DNA of 61,045 nt, filler included. It is 10 parts of 10 records of this genome, joined end to end, with 100 filler letters (N's around TTAATTAATTAA, not from the genome) between each part and the next. Parts side by side here need not be neighbours in the genome. Positions count along the whole stretch, not along the records: positions 39,510 to 46,253 come from SRR7504441_11408; positions 46,354 to 55,122 come from SRR7504441_11418; 8 more parts are not named here. One strand, given 5' to 3'. A program made the position numbers and the translations under genes. Below the pieces are notes generated by a model, which saw nothing but the letters and a program-made list of their open reading frames with translations, ran no database searches and was not told where the DNA came from. Shown piece by piece: positions 41,668-55,222 of the stretch (positions are counted from its first letter, which is position 1; each line of letters begins with the position of its first letter).

Positions 41668-44600
41668 TCAAAGGGCATCAGGCGACACGTTCATGAGTGC
41701 CCACTTGCGCCAGTGTGCCATCCACTCATTTAACTTCTTGACGGTCATTCGCGTCTCAGCGCTCAGCTGCACAATCCCCAGACTATCGGCTTAGGCAATG
41801 CCCTCGGCCACCTGCTCCTTCTGGTGCCTGTCTGGGTATGGTAGGCTGAAGTGCTCAAAACACCTAACAACCGTGAGCAGGTCAACACTGACACTAACTG
41901 CACCATTTGCGGAGGGCTTGGTCGGCTCGCGGCTTGGCTGGCCCACCATAATCAATTAAGGTCAAGTGAAGGATTGATTGCCAGGATCTGAGTTGTGCTC
42001 AGTGCTATCCATGGTTGAGTTTCGGTCCTCTAGCCCGGGGATCGACTGTCACAAGGATCAGTAACTAAGTGTTACATGAACAGAGAGACCTGAGCCACCA
42101 GCTCTCCAAGGACCTGCATTCCACGATTAAAGTTCTCCCGCCGAGCCGATATAGACAGGTTCTGCTCCTGCCCCACCAATTTCAATGAATCCATATGAAG
42201 CAACAGATATCAGTGGGAGACCTGGGAGTATTTATAACAGAGCAGCTCGGCACAAGCCCAAGCGCTCTCGATGCGATCCTGCGTGACTGCCAGCAGCTCC
42301 TGGCCCAAGCGGTCAAGCTGCTTTAAGACATTAAACTCGAATCACCTGGAGCAACGCAAGCACTGGACGGATCGGCACAGGCAACTTATGGTTCCCAGCG
42401 CACCTAACCGAAAAATCTTGGCAATCCAGTAATTGAACGAGTGGTAAAACCGATCGGCGAGCCGGGAAAGCTTAGCCCTGGCGGCGTCGACCTCTGGTAT
42501 GCATTGCTGCACCTGCAGCCTGATTTAGACAAGTTGTTCACTCGCCGATGTCAAGAGAACCTCCTGGTGGCCGGTCCGGCAGAGCTTGCTGCCCATGGCC
42601 TTGATGAACTCAACATGCTTTGGCTGGTTGGCAGTGGGGCCAGTGGCTCCGTCCACTAGCTTCACGATCTCTGGACTGCACCCACTGCTAAGATTCAGTC
42701 TCAGTTGACATAGAGAGGCAACGCAACCTGCAATGGCTGTTCTGGTGCGAAACTGGGCTTCTCAACATCACCTGATTCGAAAAATTAATCTAAAATCAAA
42801 TCAATCATCACCGGACTGCAGATAGGCGACAGCACCCGCCCAGGGTCCTGGAGGTAAATTAATTAATTCATTCATCTGAAATTATGTCTCACCTGTGGGT
42901 AGTACCCCTCGATCCTGGCGCCCTTGACCGCACTTACCTGAACCAGGTACCATTAACTCGTGCTGGAAATAATTACAGCCACGTGTGCGAGGGTACGCCG
43001 CTGGTCCGCTCCAATAACAGTGGGCACCGCCCTCCTCTGTGCCCACGATGGCACCTGAGCCCAGCTTTTTATAGATACCCCATAGATTAAATAAGGCAGG
43101 GAAGGGGCCTCCGCCCTCCTCATACCGCCCCCTAAATGACTGCCGGTCCCAAGCCTCTCCGCCAGGCTGCCCTTAGGGTAGCGTCCTCGTTACAATGAGT
43201 CACAGGCATAATGCGGATCTATTAGAGCTGGATCTAGGAGCTCAGGCTGTTGCAAGCATCTAGCTGAAGGATCTTGCCGTAGGCGGTTATCATTTATCAT
43301 GAATTCACACCTTGAGCGCCACAGGCCGGCCAGCTGGGAGAGGCTCGCGTGCCCAACCCAACTTGGTGCAGGTCATCAGACGCACCTATTGAACAAATTC
43401 AAACACTGGATTGATCAAATGGTGCCTTGGGCGGTGGCGGGCGGGCCCTCTTGGCCCCAATACTCCTCAGGTCCCGTTCCTGCTCCTACAGAGCCGACAT
43501 GAATGGAATACTACAGTGCCGACATTCTGATACTCTACACTTCTAGATACCCCATAGATCTTGCCTGGTAGCTCTTGATTTGGGCCCCGGTGAGCTTTTT
43601 GGAATTCGCAAACGCCAGTGTGAGGTTTGTACTTCGTTGTTGCGTCTCACACCGATCATTCTCACAGTTGTTCTCTTCAATTGGCACCGGCTGCGGATGC
43701 CGATGGGCCTCCTGTCCCAACAAGTCCAATGCCTGTCACCTGGTTACACGTACTTGCTAAAAAGTCAAGACCTCGTCTGAGATGTGATCATGCTGGGCCG
43801 GACCAGTGCTCTGAGCCGCATCAAGCCTGCAGGACCTAAGCAGTCTCCAACAGATCTCCTAACAGACCTGACAGTGAAGGCTTCGACCAGCGAGTCCACT
43901 AGCTGCTGCAATTCAACCCGGCCAAAGCTCCCCCTGTCCAGTTAGTCATAATATCATCTGTTAAATTGAATTGGACCGCCACTCAGGGAGGAGCTCGTAG
44001 CCTTCAGGTAGAGTCTTGGCCCTGGATGCCTCAGCCTCGACCGCCGCCTCCCCACCTGCCAGAGCCAACCAGCATGATGTTAATCCGTAGCAATTGCTTT
44101 AGAGGTTCGTGAACCGCTTCAGGGGTTAACAGCCGATTGATCACCTTGCAGCGGTGGGTCCTCTGCACACAGCAGCTTGAGTGCACGCACAAGCACATTG
44201 TCAGTCAGGCTTTCCAAGGACATCCGCGGCCGCTTCTCCTCCTGTTAGCGAGTGTTAACTCGCTCCGATTTATTGTTTTGCCTGCGGCTCTGCCTGGTCT
44301 AGGCTCCGCTTCTTCTCCACGGGAATCACTGGCTTGAGTGGCTCAGCCTTTGGCTCCGGTGGCCCTTCCTGCCCGCTAGGATAACGACCAATTGGACTTA
44401 AGCTCGCAAATTCACCTGCCACTTCATCTGCTCTTCAGGGCTGAGAGTCCGACGGCCACGCCGACCAGTCACAGGTGTGTCCCAGTAGCTTCCAGTGAGG
44501 TCAGCCTTGAGCTTCTTCGGGTGGCCTGGTAACGGAGTTATATGAGTCGGACAGCACTCGAAGGCAGTTTACCGCCTTTGGCTGGCCGGAACACTCGCCT

Positions 44601-46025
44601 CTTAGGCGGACCTGCAGGCTCACACATCACACTAATTCGCAATTTAGGTGCTACCGTTGGCAGCCGGATCCGTTGCCTCAAGAAATGCCGACCCTCTGAC
44701 GGCGGCTTCTAGATCCAGCTCCTCGGACGATTCGGTTGGTGCCTGCGCCTGCGGCCAGCTAAATGCTCAACCCAGTTGGAACTTGCCGTTGCTGACAGCG
44801 GCGGCAGCCCTTGCTCTGTCGGCTGAGCCGTTTGCCTAGAACTCAGTTGAGTGACTAGTGGGGAGTACGCGAAGCACCGGTGATTGCCGGACTTGAGCTC
44901 GGATTTGCTAGCAATAATGGCGCTGATACGAGGCGAGCCACCCAGTGTCGGCAGAGCTTGAGGAGAGTTGACAACAGGAGAGCTCACAAAGGGGCTGCAG
45001 GGGCGGGGTGCCAGCGCGGCCACTTTCAACGGACTGAGGATGCCTTTGACAGGGGAGAGCACCCGTTGGGCCTGTCCATGTGCGATTAGGGCGTTTAAGC
45101 AACGGATTTGACTCACCTCCACCTCCACCTCCTCACCCTCAGACTCGCTTGCACACACCTGTCGACGCATCTGTCGACAGAATATTTATTCTATCACACC
45201 CCCAACTCCTCTTCATCGGCCTCCTCGTCGTCACTCTCCGCCTTGCTTTCCTCGTCCTGTGTAGTCAGCTCTGTGTCCCTCTCCGCATTGGTGTCTTCCG
45301 TCTCCCTTCCGGTGTTGTTTGTATCAACAGTCTCCCTCCCAGCCTCGCTGCTGGCTTCTTCCTCCTTGTCGGCCAGCAGCCCAGTTATCCGCAGCAGCGG
45401 TGCCTGCCGCCCAATCTCACCAACTCCACGAGCCACCCGCACCTGCTCCTCCTCCAGCGCCGCATATGGCTCATCTTCCTCAGTCCACTCGCCCTCGTCA
45501 AAGTCATCGAGCCCCAACGGAAATTCTGTCGGAGTGTCTGCTGCCAGCCCACGCAGTCCGCCGAACTGCAGCGCAGCCGTCCCCCAGTCCTCCCCGGCCT
45601 GCGGCGTCGCCGTTATACCTGCCCCTCGCCACGTCGGGTTGGAAAGATTAACTGAACGGCCCGGTCAGAGGGCGCCGTATGGTCCGCACGGACCGGCCTG
45701 GGAGATCTGGTCTTGTTGGGACGCTCCAATACTGCCCATCCGGCTGGGCGTCGCCGCAGTAGTAGGGAATCCGCTCAGCTCGCTGTACCTTCAGCCCCCA
45801 GGTGAGGGCTGTTCACCGCTCCTGGGCGCACCGATCATACACGAACCTGGCGGTGAGCTCCGGCTTGACCGTTAGGGGCTGCCCGTTGGCCGCCCCGGAT
45901 GAGTTGAAGAGTGGCCGGGCCAGTCGCGGGTTTGGCCGATTGGAGCATTCCGGGCCGCCCGGGGGGACGGGCGAGGCCAGACCGTTTGACTGGGGGGACA
46001 GGTCCGGGCCTGGGACGGTTGTCAT
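41668..46025 (-). CDS. Multi-exon nuclear protein with C-terminal TALE-type homeodomain (gene extent approximate)
   Basis: Splicing 40- and 45-nt introns gives RADQALRKWCFEHFSLPYPDRHQKEQLSAETRMTVKKLNEWMAHWRK (TALE PYP loop). Upstream acidic and SP-rich exons; many tiny exons. May be more than one gene. Confidence 0.6.
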
Positions 46026-46253
46026 CCAGTGAACGGCCACGCAGCCTGGTTCGACGAGCAGCTGCTCGCGCCGCGGCGTGTGCTTTGTCTTCTCCTTTGA
46101 TGTCGTTACAGTGCAGCTCGCATATGAGCACATGACCTGGCGAGTTGGGTCCCTACTTAGGGACGGTGTCAAAACACTTGAACTGGGATGGGCAGATCAC
46201 CCCCAACTGGCGGCAGGCGGCACCCCAACTTTTCATTTAGTAAACTACACTAT

Positions 46254-46353
46254 NNNNNNNNNNNNNNNNNNNNNNNNNNNNNNNNNNNNNNNNNNNNTTA
46301 ATTAATTAANNNNNNNNNNNNNNNNNNNNNNNNNNNNNNNNNNNNNNNNNNNN
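46254..46353. other. Artificial contig linker
   Basis: N44-TTAATTAATTAA-N44. Confidence 0.98.
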
Positions 46354-46536
46354 ATTGACGACGAATCTGCGGTCGACCGGACCGGGCGTGGTACCGGCGC
46401 GGGAGGGGACACGCTCAGTTGAAATATTCTTGTGTATTTAAGTTATCACGTTTCAGTTGTACTGAAGATCCCTACTAACATTTAGATCCCTATAATTATG
46501 AGATCGTGAACATGTACAATAATCATACTCTCAATC

Positions 46537-49500
46537 TCAATGGACATAGCCTCCGCTGACCATTTGGTCAAACGTGAGCAAGAAGTAGAAGCGAAGCAGG
46601 GCTTTTGCATAGTGTAGCCGCTGTGGATCCTCCACATCTTGTGGCCGCGGCTCGCAGCATCCACACTCGACACCAATGTCAAAATCACAATCTCGGCAGC
46701 TGTAGGCTTGCGCACCGTCGGAGAGACACGCCGAACACTTGTCACAGGTGAAACCCGGTCGAGGTGTGTAGAACACTACTAGCTCCTTGCCACACCGCGG
46801 GCAGTAGTTGCTCGCTTCGGCCTCGCCAGCAGCCATGCTCTCCACCGGCTGATTGCTGCCCAGGTTGATACTAATATCATATTGGCTCGCTTCGCTCTCA
46901 AAGCTAATTGTCCCCTTGTATGCGGCCTCTGCTTCTTCCGATTCCGCCACAGGTGTGAACTCAAAGACGCCGCCCCTGTCATCTCCATTCTGAATCACAG
47001 ATCCACGAATCACGCCGTCCTGCCCGATCTCGCCCGCACAAACCGTCATTCCCCTCCCCTGCTCCTCGAACCGGACCTTTTTAGCCGTGATCGACATATG
47101 GATCTGCTCTGTTTGTCCGAGGCAGCTCCAGCTTCCTGGCACTACTCCTTGCGAGTTAGTTCGCTCTAACAGCGCTGAAGCCACTTGAGTTGCAACTGAC
47201 GGGACTCTTTGGAGCGCAAGTGGGTCCTGCTGATCTGAGCTCTCAGCAGCAGCCGGCTCGTCACTGAGCACGTTGTCCTGCTCCTCCGCATCTGTGTCCT
47301 CCGCGGGGCAGGGCTCAGGCTCTGCAGGATGCAATGGTTCGGGGTAGCAGGTCATGGCGGCCATCGCAGCCGAGTCCCATGCATTACGCACAGCCGTGCC
47401 CTCCTTGAAGCTGCACTCGTCCTCCCAACCTAGTGGGTCCCGATCGAGCGCCTTTTGGTAGTAGTCACACAAAGACAGCATGAACGGCGCACAATTGCGC
47501 GAGAAAGGGAGTGATAGCTCACGTGGCAGGATCGTGATCTGCAGCTTTTCGCCGGGAGTTAGCCGCGATGCCCCAGTGACAAACTCCAGGAACTGGCAGC
47601 GCTGCTCTGTGTTGAACTCTTCGAGAACCGCAGCCAGCACACGGATACCAGGCTGCTGCTTGGAGTACCGGATGCCTTCACTCGAACCAAACAGGAAGAC
47701 CTCGTTGAGCAGCTGAGTCTCGTTCCAGTCTACTTCCACCTTGCCACACATTAGCTCACTCAACTCGTCCGGATAAAACTTTTCGAGCGAAGATAGCGGC
47801 AAAACGTCTTCGATCCCGGAGCATAATGCCTGCAGTTGTGGCACTATTGCGGACTTGATGGCTTCAAGCAGCAGCGCAGCAAACTCGAGCGCATTGTACA
47901 CCGACACTGTCCCAAATTCGCACAGGCCCTGAGCCTGATCGAGCTCTACTAAGTCTAGAAAGTTTCTGCACGTGACCATGTCGTCTTCATTGAACATAGC
48001 CAGCACAGTCTCAGTTGTTGCGTCTGGGTGAGCCTGCAGAAACCACTCGAATGCCCGTGGAAGAGTCGCAAGCCAGCCCCCAGTGGTCCCACTGACTCGC
48101 CGCTTGGCGAGCTCCTCCAAGCCAGCTCTATGGTCAGCCTCTGGGTTTTGAGATAAAGTGCACTGCTTGTCCAGCGCTTCGATCTCGTCACATATCTGAA
48201 AGAATACATTCAGGATGTCATAGCGGCTGAATGGCTCCTTGAAAGTCTTGAGCATTTTGCGTTCATAGCCCAATCGACTCTCGGGGTTGTCCACAGAGAA
48301 GGACTGCACAATGTGCCGAGGGCTGTTATCAAACAGCACAGCAAAGAGAGCGGGATCTAGAGGTACTGGTACCACCCCCTTGTTGCGGCAGGCCTTGGCA
48401 AGGAAGCGGCCTAGGAACCGGAATCGTGCGAGCACTTCTGGAGTCTGTGTTAGCTGCAGCTTTGGGAGCAGCGTTTTATTTGTGAGGTACTCGGTGTCGC
48501 GACCATCTGACAACCACATCGGCACTCGCTCGTTCTGACTGCGGGACGTTAGCTCCTTTGCCACTGCACCAAAGAATGCTCGCGTTAGTCCATCCCCGTG
48601 TCCCTGCTCATACTGCACAGACAGCGGCCGGTGGGTCTTGCTAGTCAGCTCCATCAGCTTTTGGGCAAAATCAAGCATGCCGGGTCCATCGTCGAGTCTC
48701 ACTGCGGCCCTGGCTACATCCTCTTGCTGTTTACCAATCGATAGATACTTGATATCCTCCTCCAGCTGCACACCTGCCATCATGGTCTCCATGTCTTCCG
48801 AGGCTATCATCTTTTTGTGCTTGCTGATTAAATCTGCCAACAGCTTGGACTGAATTCGTGCCACGGTCTCCGAAACTCCGAAGGCAGACAGCTCAAACAG
48901 CTTCTTGCGAAGTTCAACATCAAAGACACATGGTGCATTCTGAACGAGCACAAAGCACCAGTCGGGCAGCGTCCCAGTCAGCACCGACATTGGGTCATCC
49001 AGCTGCTGCGCCAACAAGCTGCACAGTTTGGCATCCCGCCAAGCGTGATTGGACGTTGGAAGCACTTCGCACAACTCCTGATGGAGTGCTTCAATCAAGA
49101 GCAATGCCTCGACGCTCTCCCTCTTGATGTCGCAAAGCTTGTCGATGCTAGTTAGTTCCCCTGAAGCAACGTGGACCTTGGGCGGAGCCAGTAGGGGTGT
49201 GTCACACAGGTGCCTGTACTTGTCGATCAGAGCTGGCACAGTGCACTTCTTGAGGAGATTACGGGATGATGCTTTGAGCCCATTCTGTTTGAGCCATTGT
49301 GGCGTGGCTACTGATTGCATCTCCTCGATAAGCTGCTTTTTGGTCAGGCTGGATGAGTCTGACTCTGACATTTCCACCACCTCTTCTGGGGACCAGCGGG
49401 GTTTGCTCAGCAGGTTTGGATTGTATTTTTTGGCCTCCAAGTTGATGGTATCATCGCTAACGTTAGCACTGATACTGAACTTGAGCTGTCGTCGAGGGGT

Positions 49501-52500
49501 CTGCGTGAGCCGATATTGCTCCTTGGCCCTGAGCATGGCTTGAAGTTGGCGATCTGGAGACATCTCTTCGCTGAGCACGGCCTGCAATGGATCTACATCT
49601 CTTGTGGTCGGTTCAGGCGGCTCTGGATCGTGTCGCTTCATGGTATCCTCGACCTTTTGCAAAGCTTGCCAAATAGTCATCTGATCGGTTGGTAGAATCA
49701 CCTGAGACCGGCCATTTCCGAGAGAGTAAGCAACTGTGAGCTCCATCGGCAGCTCAGCGGTGGCCCATTGTTCCGGAGGCTTTGGCTCACGCTCCACGAA
49801 TACGCCCTCGTGCACCAGTTCGCCATCGTCCTCCTGGTGGATATGCCCGGGAGCCAGTCCAGCCCGATCCTCCACATACAAAGCCTCGCCCCTCGAGTCG
49901 ATTTTCTCTACATACCGGTTGAGAACCGACATTTGGCGGGTAAGCGGTGCCGGGCCATCGTTTGGAGCCCTAGACCGTCGACCAAACTGCGACCCACGGC
50001 TGCCAGAGCTATGTACAAGCCGCGGCAATTCTATGCCACGCTCCACTCGGCCATCGTCGTAAACAACGACACACACGCGAGTGGCATCGTCTGCAGCGAG
50101 GATCGTGGCTGGCTTAGTTGTCTCGTCCACATGGCGCACGCCAATTCGTTGGCCACGTGAAGGCATCGTTGCCTCCCTTGAGCGAGCCTTGCGTCGCTTC
50201 CTGTAGCACAGGTCGTGACTGTCTTGTTCCAGCTCGGCCTCTAGTCCAGATGCGCCCAGCAAAGTCACAAGTGTCTCGCCCTCCTTCAATGTCTGGCCAC
50301 GCGCCAGACAGCCTTGCCCATCCTCCTTCCATCCAGCCACACAGGCAGCAAGCATTTCATCATGATTTGACCAGCCCCGGTCAGGGTATTCACGCTCGAC
50401 GGTACCTGGCAGGTCATCTGCCCATTTGAGAGCACGCGCGATAGATCTGGAGGCACGGTCGAATGCCTGGTCCTCTGGCGTGTCGCCTGCAGGCTCATGC
50501 GGCTCCATCTCGCATTGCACCACGTTTTTGAGCTGTTCCATCAGCACATTAGCCTCATCTTGAATCAAATGGCGGGCAACACAGCCTTGGGCGGTTTCAA
50601 GCAGCTGTTTGTTACAACACGTGAGGCATTCCTTCTCCCCGCCCTCCCAACCACGGTCCTTCCAGCTGAAACCGCCTGAAACCAAGGCTTTGATCAGCTC
50701 ATGCCGGATCGCCTGCCAGAATTCCTTGATGTCGTACCACTCGGGTTTGACGATGTTGATCGAGAAACGTTCTGGTTGCTGTTGAGCTGAAGCAAACGAG
50801 ACCTTGACAGAGTAGCTTTGCTCTGCTTCTCCCAGGTTTTCCTCTGCCTCCAGCTCAGGCTCTGCTGGCACAGCAATCCATTCCAAAATACGATACTTGG
50901 TTGCTGCCAGCACCAGCTCGACTGTATTTGCAGCACTCAGAATGGCCTCCAGAGTCGGATCGCTGAGTGGTCTCTCTCCGTCAACGTCATCAGGGGCAGG
51001 AACTAGTTGCTCTTCTGCGGACTCTGCATTTGATACATCGTCCTCTGAAGAGTCGTCGTCAGCCTCGTCATCCGCGCTTTCCTCAGCATCTAGGAACATG
51101 TCCTCATCTACGAAAGAAGAGACCTCGATTGTGTGAACCGGGACACTGTTCACAAATTTGCACGATTTGATAGTGGCCTCTCGGTAAGTCATGGCTTGGT
51201 CTGGACGCATCTGCAGTTTTGCTAGTATTCTGCAGCCCACAATGCGCTGGCAATATTCCCAGTAGGCAGCTGTACTAGGACCACCCATTGGTGCCGAACA
51301 TAAGATCAGTTTGCGCACTGTCTCCACCTTTGCCAGTGGTTCTATCTGATACACCCCAAGTGTGTTGCCTTCAATAGACGACAACTCCACGTTTACAGGT
51401 GACACCAAAGCTCGCAGATTCCTCTGCTTTGATGAATCGAATGTTGGGTGGGAGTAGCAGTAAATCGGCAGCTCCTCGCCCATACCCACCACTTGATGAA
51501 TGATCTTAAGTAAGTGCTTGAGTTTATCTGTATTATGCTCAAGGTCTAGGGCCCCCCGAAGCTGTGTCCAGCGAGCCGCCAGCTCTGCAGGCAGCAACTC
51601 AGGTGGAGGTTCAGACACAGAAGCCCCTTCCATTGAGTTTACTGGGGAGCCAAGCCACTCTTTGAGGGTGTTCTGGTGTCGCTGCCGGCCAAGTGGCGTT
51701 GCGCAGGTGTGAGATGCAGGAGCAGTCACGTCGAAATACGTCAGCAATGCTCGAATCACGCTCGATTGTTGCAGCTCGTAAGCAAGCAGGCCATCATCGA
51801 GCATATCAACCAACCGAACTACTGCACCTGGACCACCAGCCAGTAGATCTTCCGCCAAGTTGCCAAGATCGCTCGTTGTCCTCAACAGATCAGCATCATC
51901 GCCAATGACGATCCGCTTCTCCTCGAGGATGTCCTCGAATTCGGCCAAGGTGGAATCGAGTGTTGACACCTAACCAAGCCAATCAGTCAAAGTGAGCAGG
52001 GATTCGACCTGAGTGTTGCCCGAAATGGTCCGTGTGAGGGCAGTAGATGTCGACTTGAGCCTCGATCGGAGATTATTGGCCGCTGACACAGTCCCATTGC
52101 GCACCATCACTGTAGCCACTTGATTGTCGCTTCCCAAGAGTAGCTTGGCGATCCTTAATGCTTGCAGGATGTGGGCTCGGGAGGGCGAGGAGTGAAGGAG
52201 ATCAGCAACCAGCGCACAAATCTCGGTGGTAGGCATTGTCTCTGAAGCAATATCAAGGCCTGCATATCCGAGAGTTGACTCTAGTGCTGCTAATATACTC
52301 CTCTCCAATTTGCTAGTGGGTGGGGCCAGCTGGTGCCCAAACAGCAAAGCTCGAAGCACGGCAGCCGCACAGCTGGCTGCAGCTTCCTGTGGCTCGACCA
52401 CCTTGGTTGTATAGCCACCGTAGCAGCATTTCTCCAGAGCTGCTCGGAGACAGCTGTGCCGATGCACTGAGCCCACAGGCAGTCGAGTGCTGTGCTTGAG

Positions 52501-55122
52501 TAGCAGGTCTACCAGCTCAAGGTTATTGTTCCGAGCAGCGGCCAGTAGCATCCACACAGCCGAGGTATCCAGGTCACAAAACGGAAGGAGCTGGCTGACC
52601 ATTGACATTGGCAAACAGCACTCGGCCGCAAGGATCAGGGCCGACTTGGCATCGTCGCCCAGACGGTCCAGGCTTACATCGCGATCTTGCTTGACTGCAG
52701 CAGCTAGCTTTGCCTCCAATTGAGCGTTGTCATGCTGCAAAATCGCCGTCTCAATCTCGCGCAGGACGGCAGGGTGCAAAAGTTCCAAATGAGCCCGTGT
52801 GACGAGCAGCTGGTTGGATTCTGACTGCTTGTCGGCATCCGAGCTCTCAGCAAGGTCATCGAGTTCGACCAGGTACTGTCCTCCTGGTTTGACACACACC
52901 ACGGTGCCAGTGCGGACAGCCTCCGAGGGCGGCTGCCGTACCTGCACTCTTTCATTTGGGCGAAGCCTACAGATTGGCGAGCTTGGTACGTGCCGGAGCA
53001 CTCTTCTGTTTAGATCGGCTGGATCAAACATTGGCACAAAGAAACCTTCGAGCGGCGCAAATACCTGCCTGGAGCCGGGATCCTGCACGAGCTCGTTCTT
53101 GCTACAGTCGATCCGAAGAGGCTTGGTTGAATCGCCTCGCAGGTAGGGCTTGAGCCACTCTGGAGCGTCTGCTACTCGAACATGTACAGAAGTGTGCTCG
53201 GCTGCCATCAACAGGGGAAATATGGCCACTGTCAGTGAATCGTCCACTTTTGCTGGTTCTTCTGCTGCTGGTTCTGTCGACCGCTGCACTGGCCGGCGTA
53301 ACCCAGTCTTGACATTAACTTGCTCCATTGACTCGAAATCGATTTCGTACTCCTGCTTGCGCAGCTTGAACCGAATCTCGTCTTGGCTCTTGTATGCCTG
53401 CTCGATATTGCCTGATATCACCTCGTCGTAGGCCACTGGTTCGCCATCTAAAATGCAAACCCAGCTGCCCACCTCTGCCTCGGGCTCGAGCCCGGGATCA
53501 GTGAGCCCCTCCTCCGAATTTGAGCCGTCCATCTGCTTTTTGGAGTCTAAATGATCCCTGAACACTCTCTGTATGCGGATGGCAGCCTGCACCTGGGCTG
53601 AATGTGCGGAAACGACCACCTCATAGCTCATCCTCTGACTGCTCTGGTCCAGCGAGCACAAGAGCTCGACCGCCATCTTAGCCATTGCAACCAACGGAGC
53701 CACATCGTTCCCCTGTTTGAAATTATGTTCCAATGCCGTCTGCAACGCTGGGAAAGCCCCGATGGCAAGGCTTTCTTGCGTACTCTGAGGTCGGCTGCTC
53801 CACAGTGCTAGAATCTGGCGGAGTGCCCCAACACACTCAGTCACGCTTGACTCCGGGTCAGCTAGTTTGTCCACATCGGCTTTTGGATCGAGCGAAGCAA
53901 GATCGGCACAGCGACAGGCGCAGGTTGGGCAGAGTAACACATCCGCTGCCTGACATACAGACGCACTGGGGAACCACGCTCGCCGCTTGTCAGCGAACAT
54001 GACTTCGGTCAGGTTGCCCTCACCATCCCGAGAGTCTGTGCGCTTGGTGGCAAACCCCGGCTGCCCGGCCCGGGCCAACATTGAACCCATGTCAGACCTG
54101 ACTTGCGGGTTCTGGCTGATCTCGGAGCGAAGCCTCTGCAAACCAGCAACCGTCAAGCAGCCGAGCAGCCGGGGGTTACCTTGGTGTCCTGCAGGATGTG
54201 CACCGCCAGGGGTGGCGAGAGCTGCTGCACCGACGGCCTTTTGGTCCTCCTGTTGAGTGAGCTGGCGTACCGGCTCGAGAAGTTCATTCCTGGGCGCTGC
54301 TTGGGTTGCTCGTACTGGTCAAACCGGGCCTTGTCGGCCGAGTCTAGCACGCTGTAGCAAGATTCGCACAGGTCGAAATTCTCGCCGGATCTCTGATACC
54401 GAACCCCTACGATCGGTTCCATCCCACAACCATCACATGAGACTCCGATGTGCCGCACTGGCCCACCCTCGTCACCGCGGTCGAAGATCGAGCTTAGCCC
54501 CTTGCCGCCGAATGAAAACCCGCCCTTGCCCTTGCCGCGGGCGAACTGGCTCGCCATGAACTGCTGAAAGCTATCCAGACTCAGCCCCTTGCCCCCTTTC
54601 CCCCCCTTGCCCCCCTTGCCCCCCTTCCCGAAGGTATCCATCGGGCCGGGCGGTGGCACTCCAAACAGGCTGCTCGCCCCGAATAGCCCAGGCCTCTCAG
54701 ACTCGTCTGCCCCAGCTGGATTGCCGAATGGCACCAGACCACTGGGCGGCAGCCCGCTCGGTGGCCGAAGCCCACCAAACGGGTTGGCCCCTCCCAGCGC
54801 GTTCACATCGTACGCCCCGTGCCGAGGCGGGGACGGCTGCAGCTCGCCCTTCTCGTCTGCCTCGCTCCACTTTTGCACCTGGTCCTCGTTCTCCATCATC
54901 CAGTCTAGCCCCGCTGCCGCGCCCTGGGCCGCCCCAACCGAGCTGAGCACGTGCTCAAGCACCCTGTCGCTCCGGCATGGCAGCCCCATCACCAGCAGGT
55001 GCTCCCGCAACTGCTCCAACCGAGGATCGGCAGGCGCGGCCGGCTCAGCAGTCTCAGCCGGTGCGGCAGGCTCCGCTGTCTCAGCAGGCGCAGCAGGCTC
55101 AGCCGGCGCGGCAGGCTCAGCC
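46537..55122 (-). CDS. TRIP12/Ufd4/UPL3-like HECT E3 ubiquitin ligase with UBA-like, ZZ, IQ, WWE and ankyrin-like domains (5' truncated, 2 introns seen)
   Basis: ZZ: HIGVSCDGCGMEPIVGVRY..FDLCESCY. IQ: AAIRIQRVFR. WWE: YEIDFESMEQVNVKTGLRRPVQR. Ufd4-type KL..LAQQLDDP...LPDWC. HECT: GHGDGLTRAFF, FRFLGRFLAK, FLEFVTGASRL, LPFSRNC. Confidence 0.88.
55027..55122 (-). repeat. Coding tandem repeat AEPAAP/AETAEPAAP
   Basis: GCTGAGCCTGCCGCGCC-type units up to the contig end; probably the cause of the assembly break. Confidence 0.8.
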
Positions 55123-55222
55123 NNNNNNNNNNNNNNNNNNNNNNNNNNNNNNNNNNNNNNNNNNNNTTAATTAATTAANNNNNNNNNNNNNNNNNNNNNN
55201 NNNNNNNNNNNNNNNNNNNNNN
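55123..55222. other. Artificial contig linker
   Basis: N44-TTAATTAATTAA-N44. Confidence 0.98.

Noticed and set aside
54585-54632. CCCCCTTG-type repeats as a telomere or G-quadruplex element
   Set aside because: They encode a GKGGKGGKGGKG low-complexity stretch within the HECT gene.
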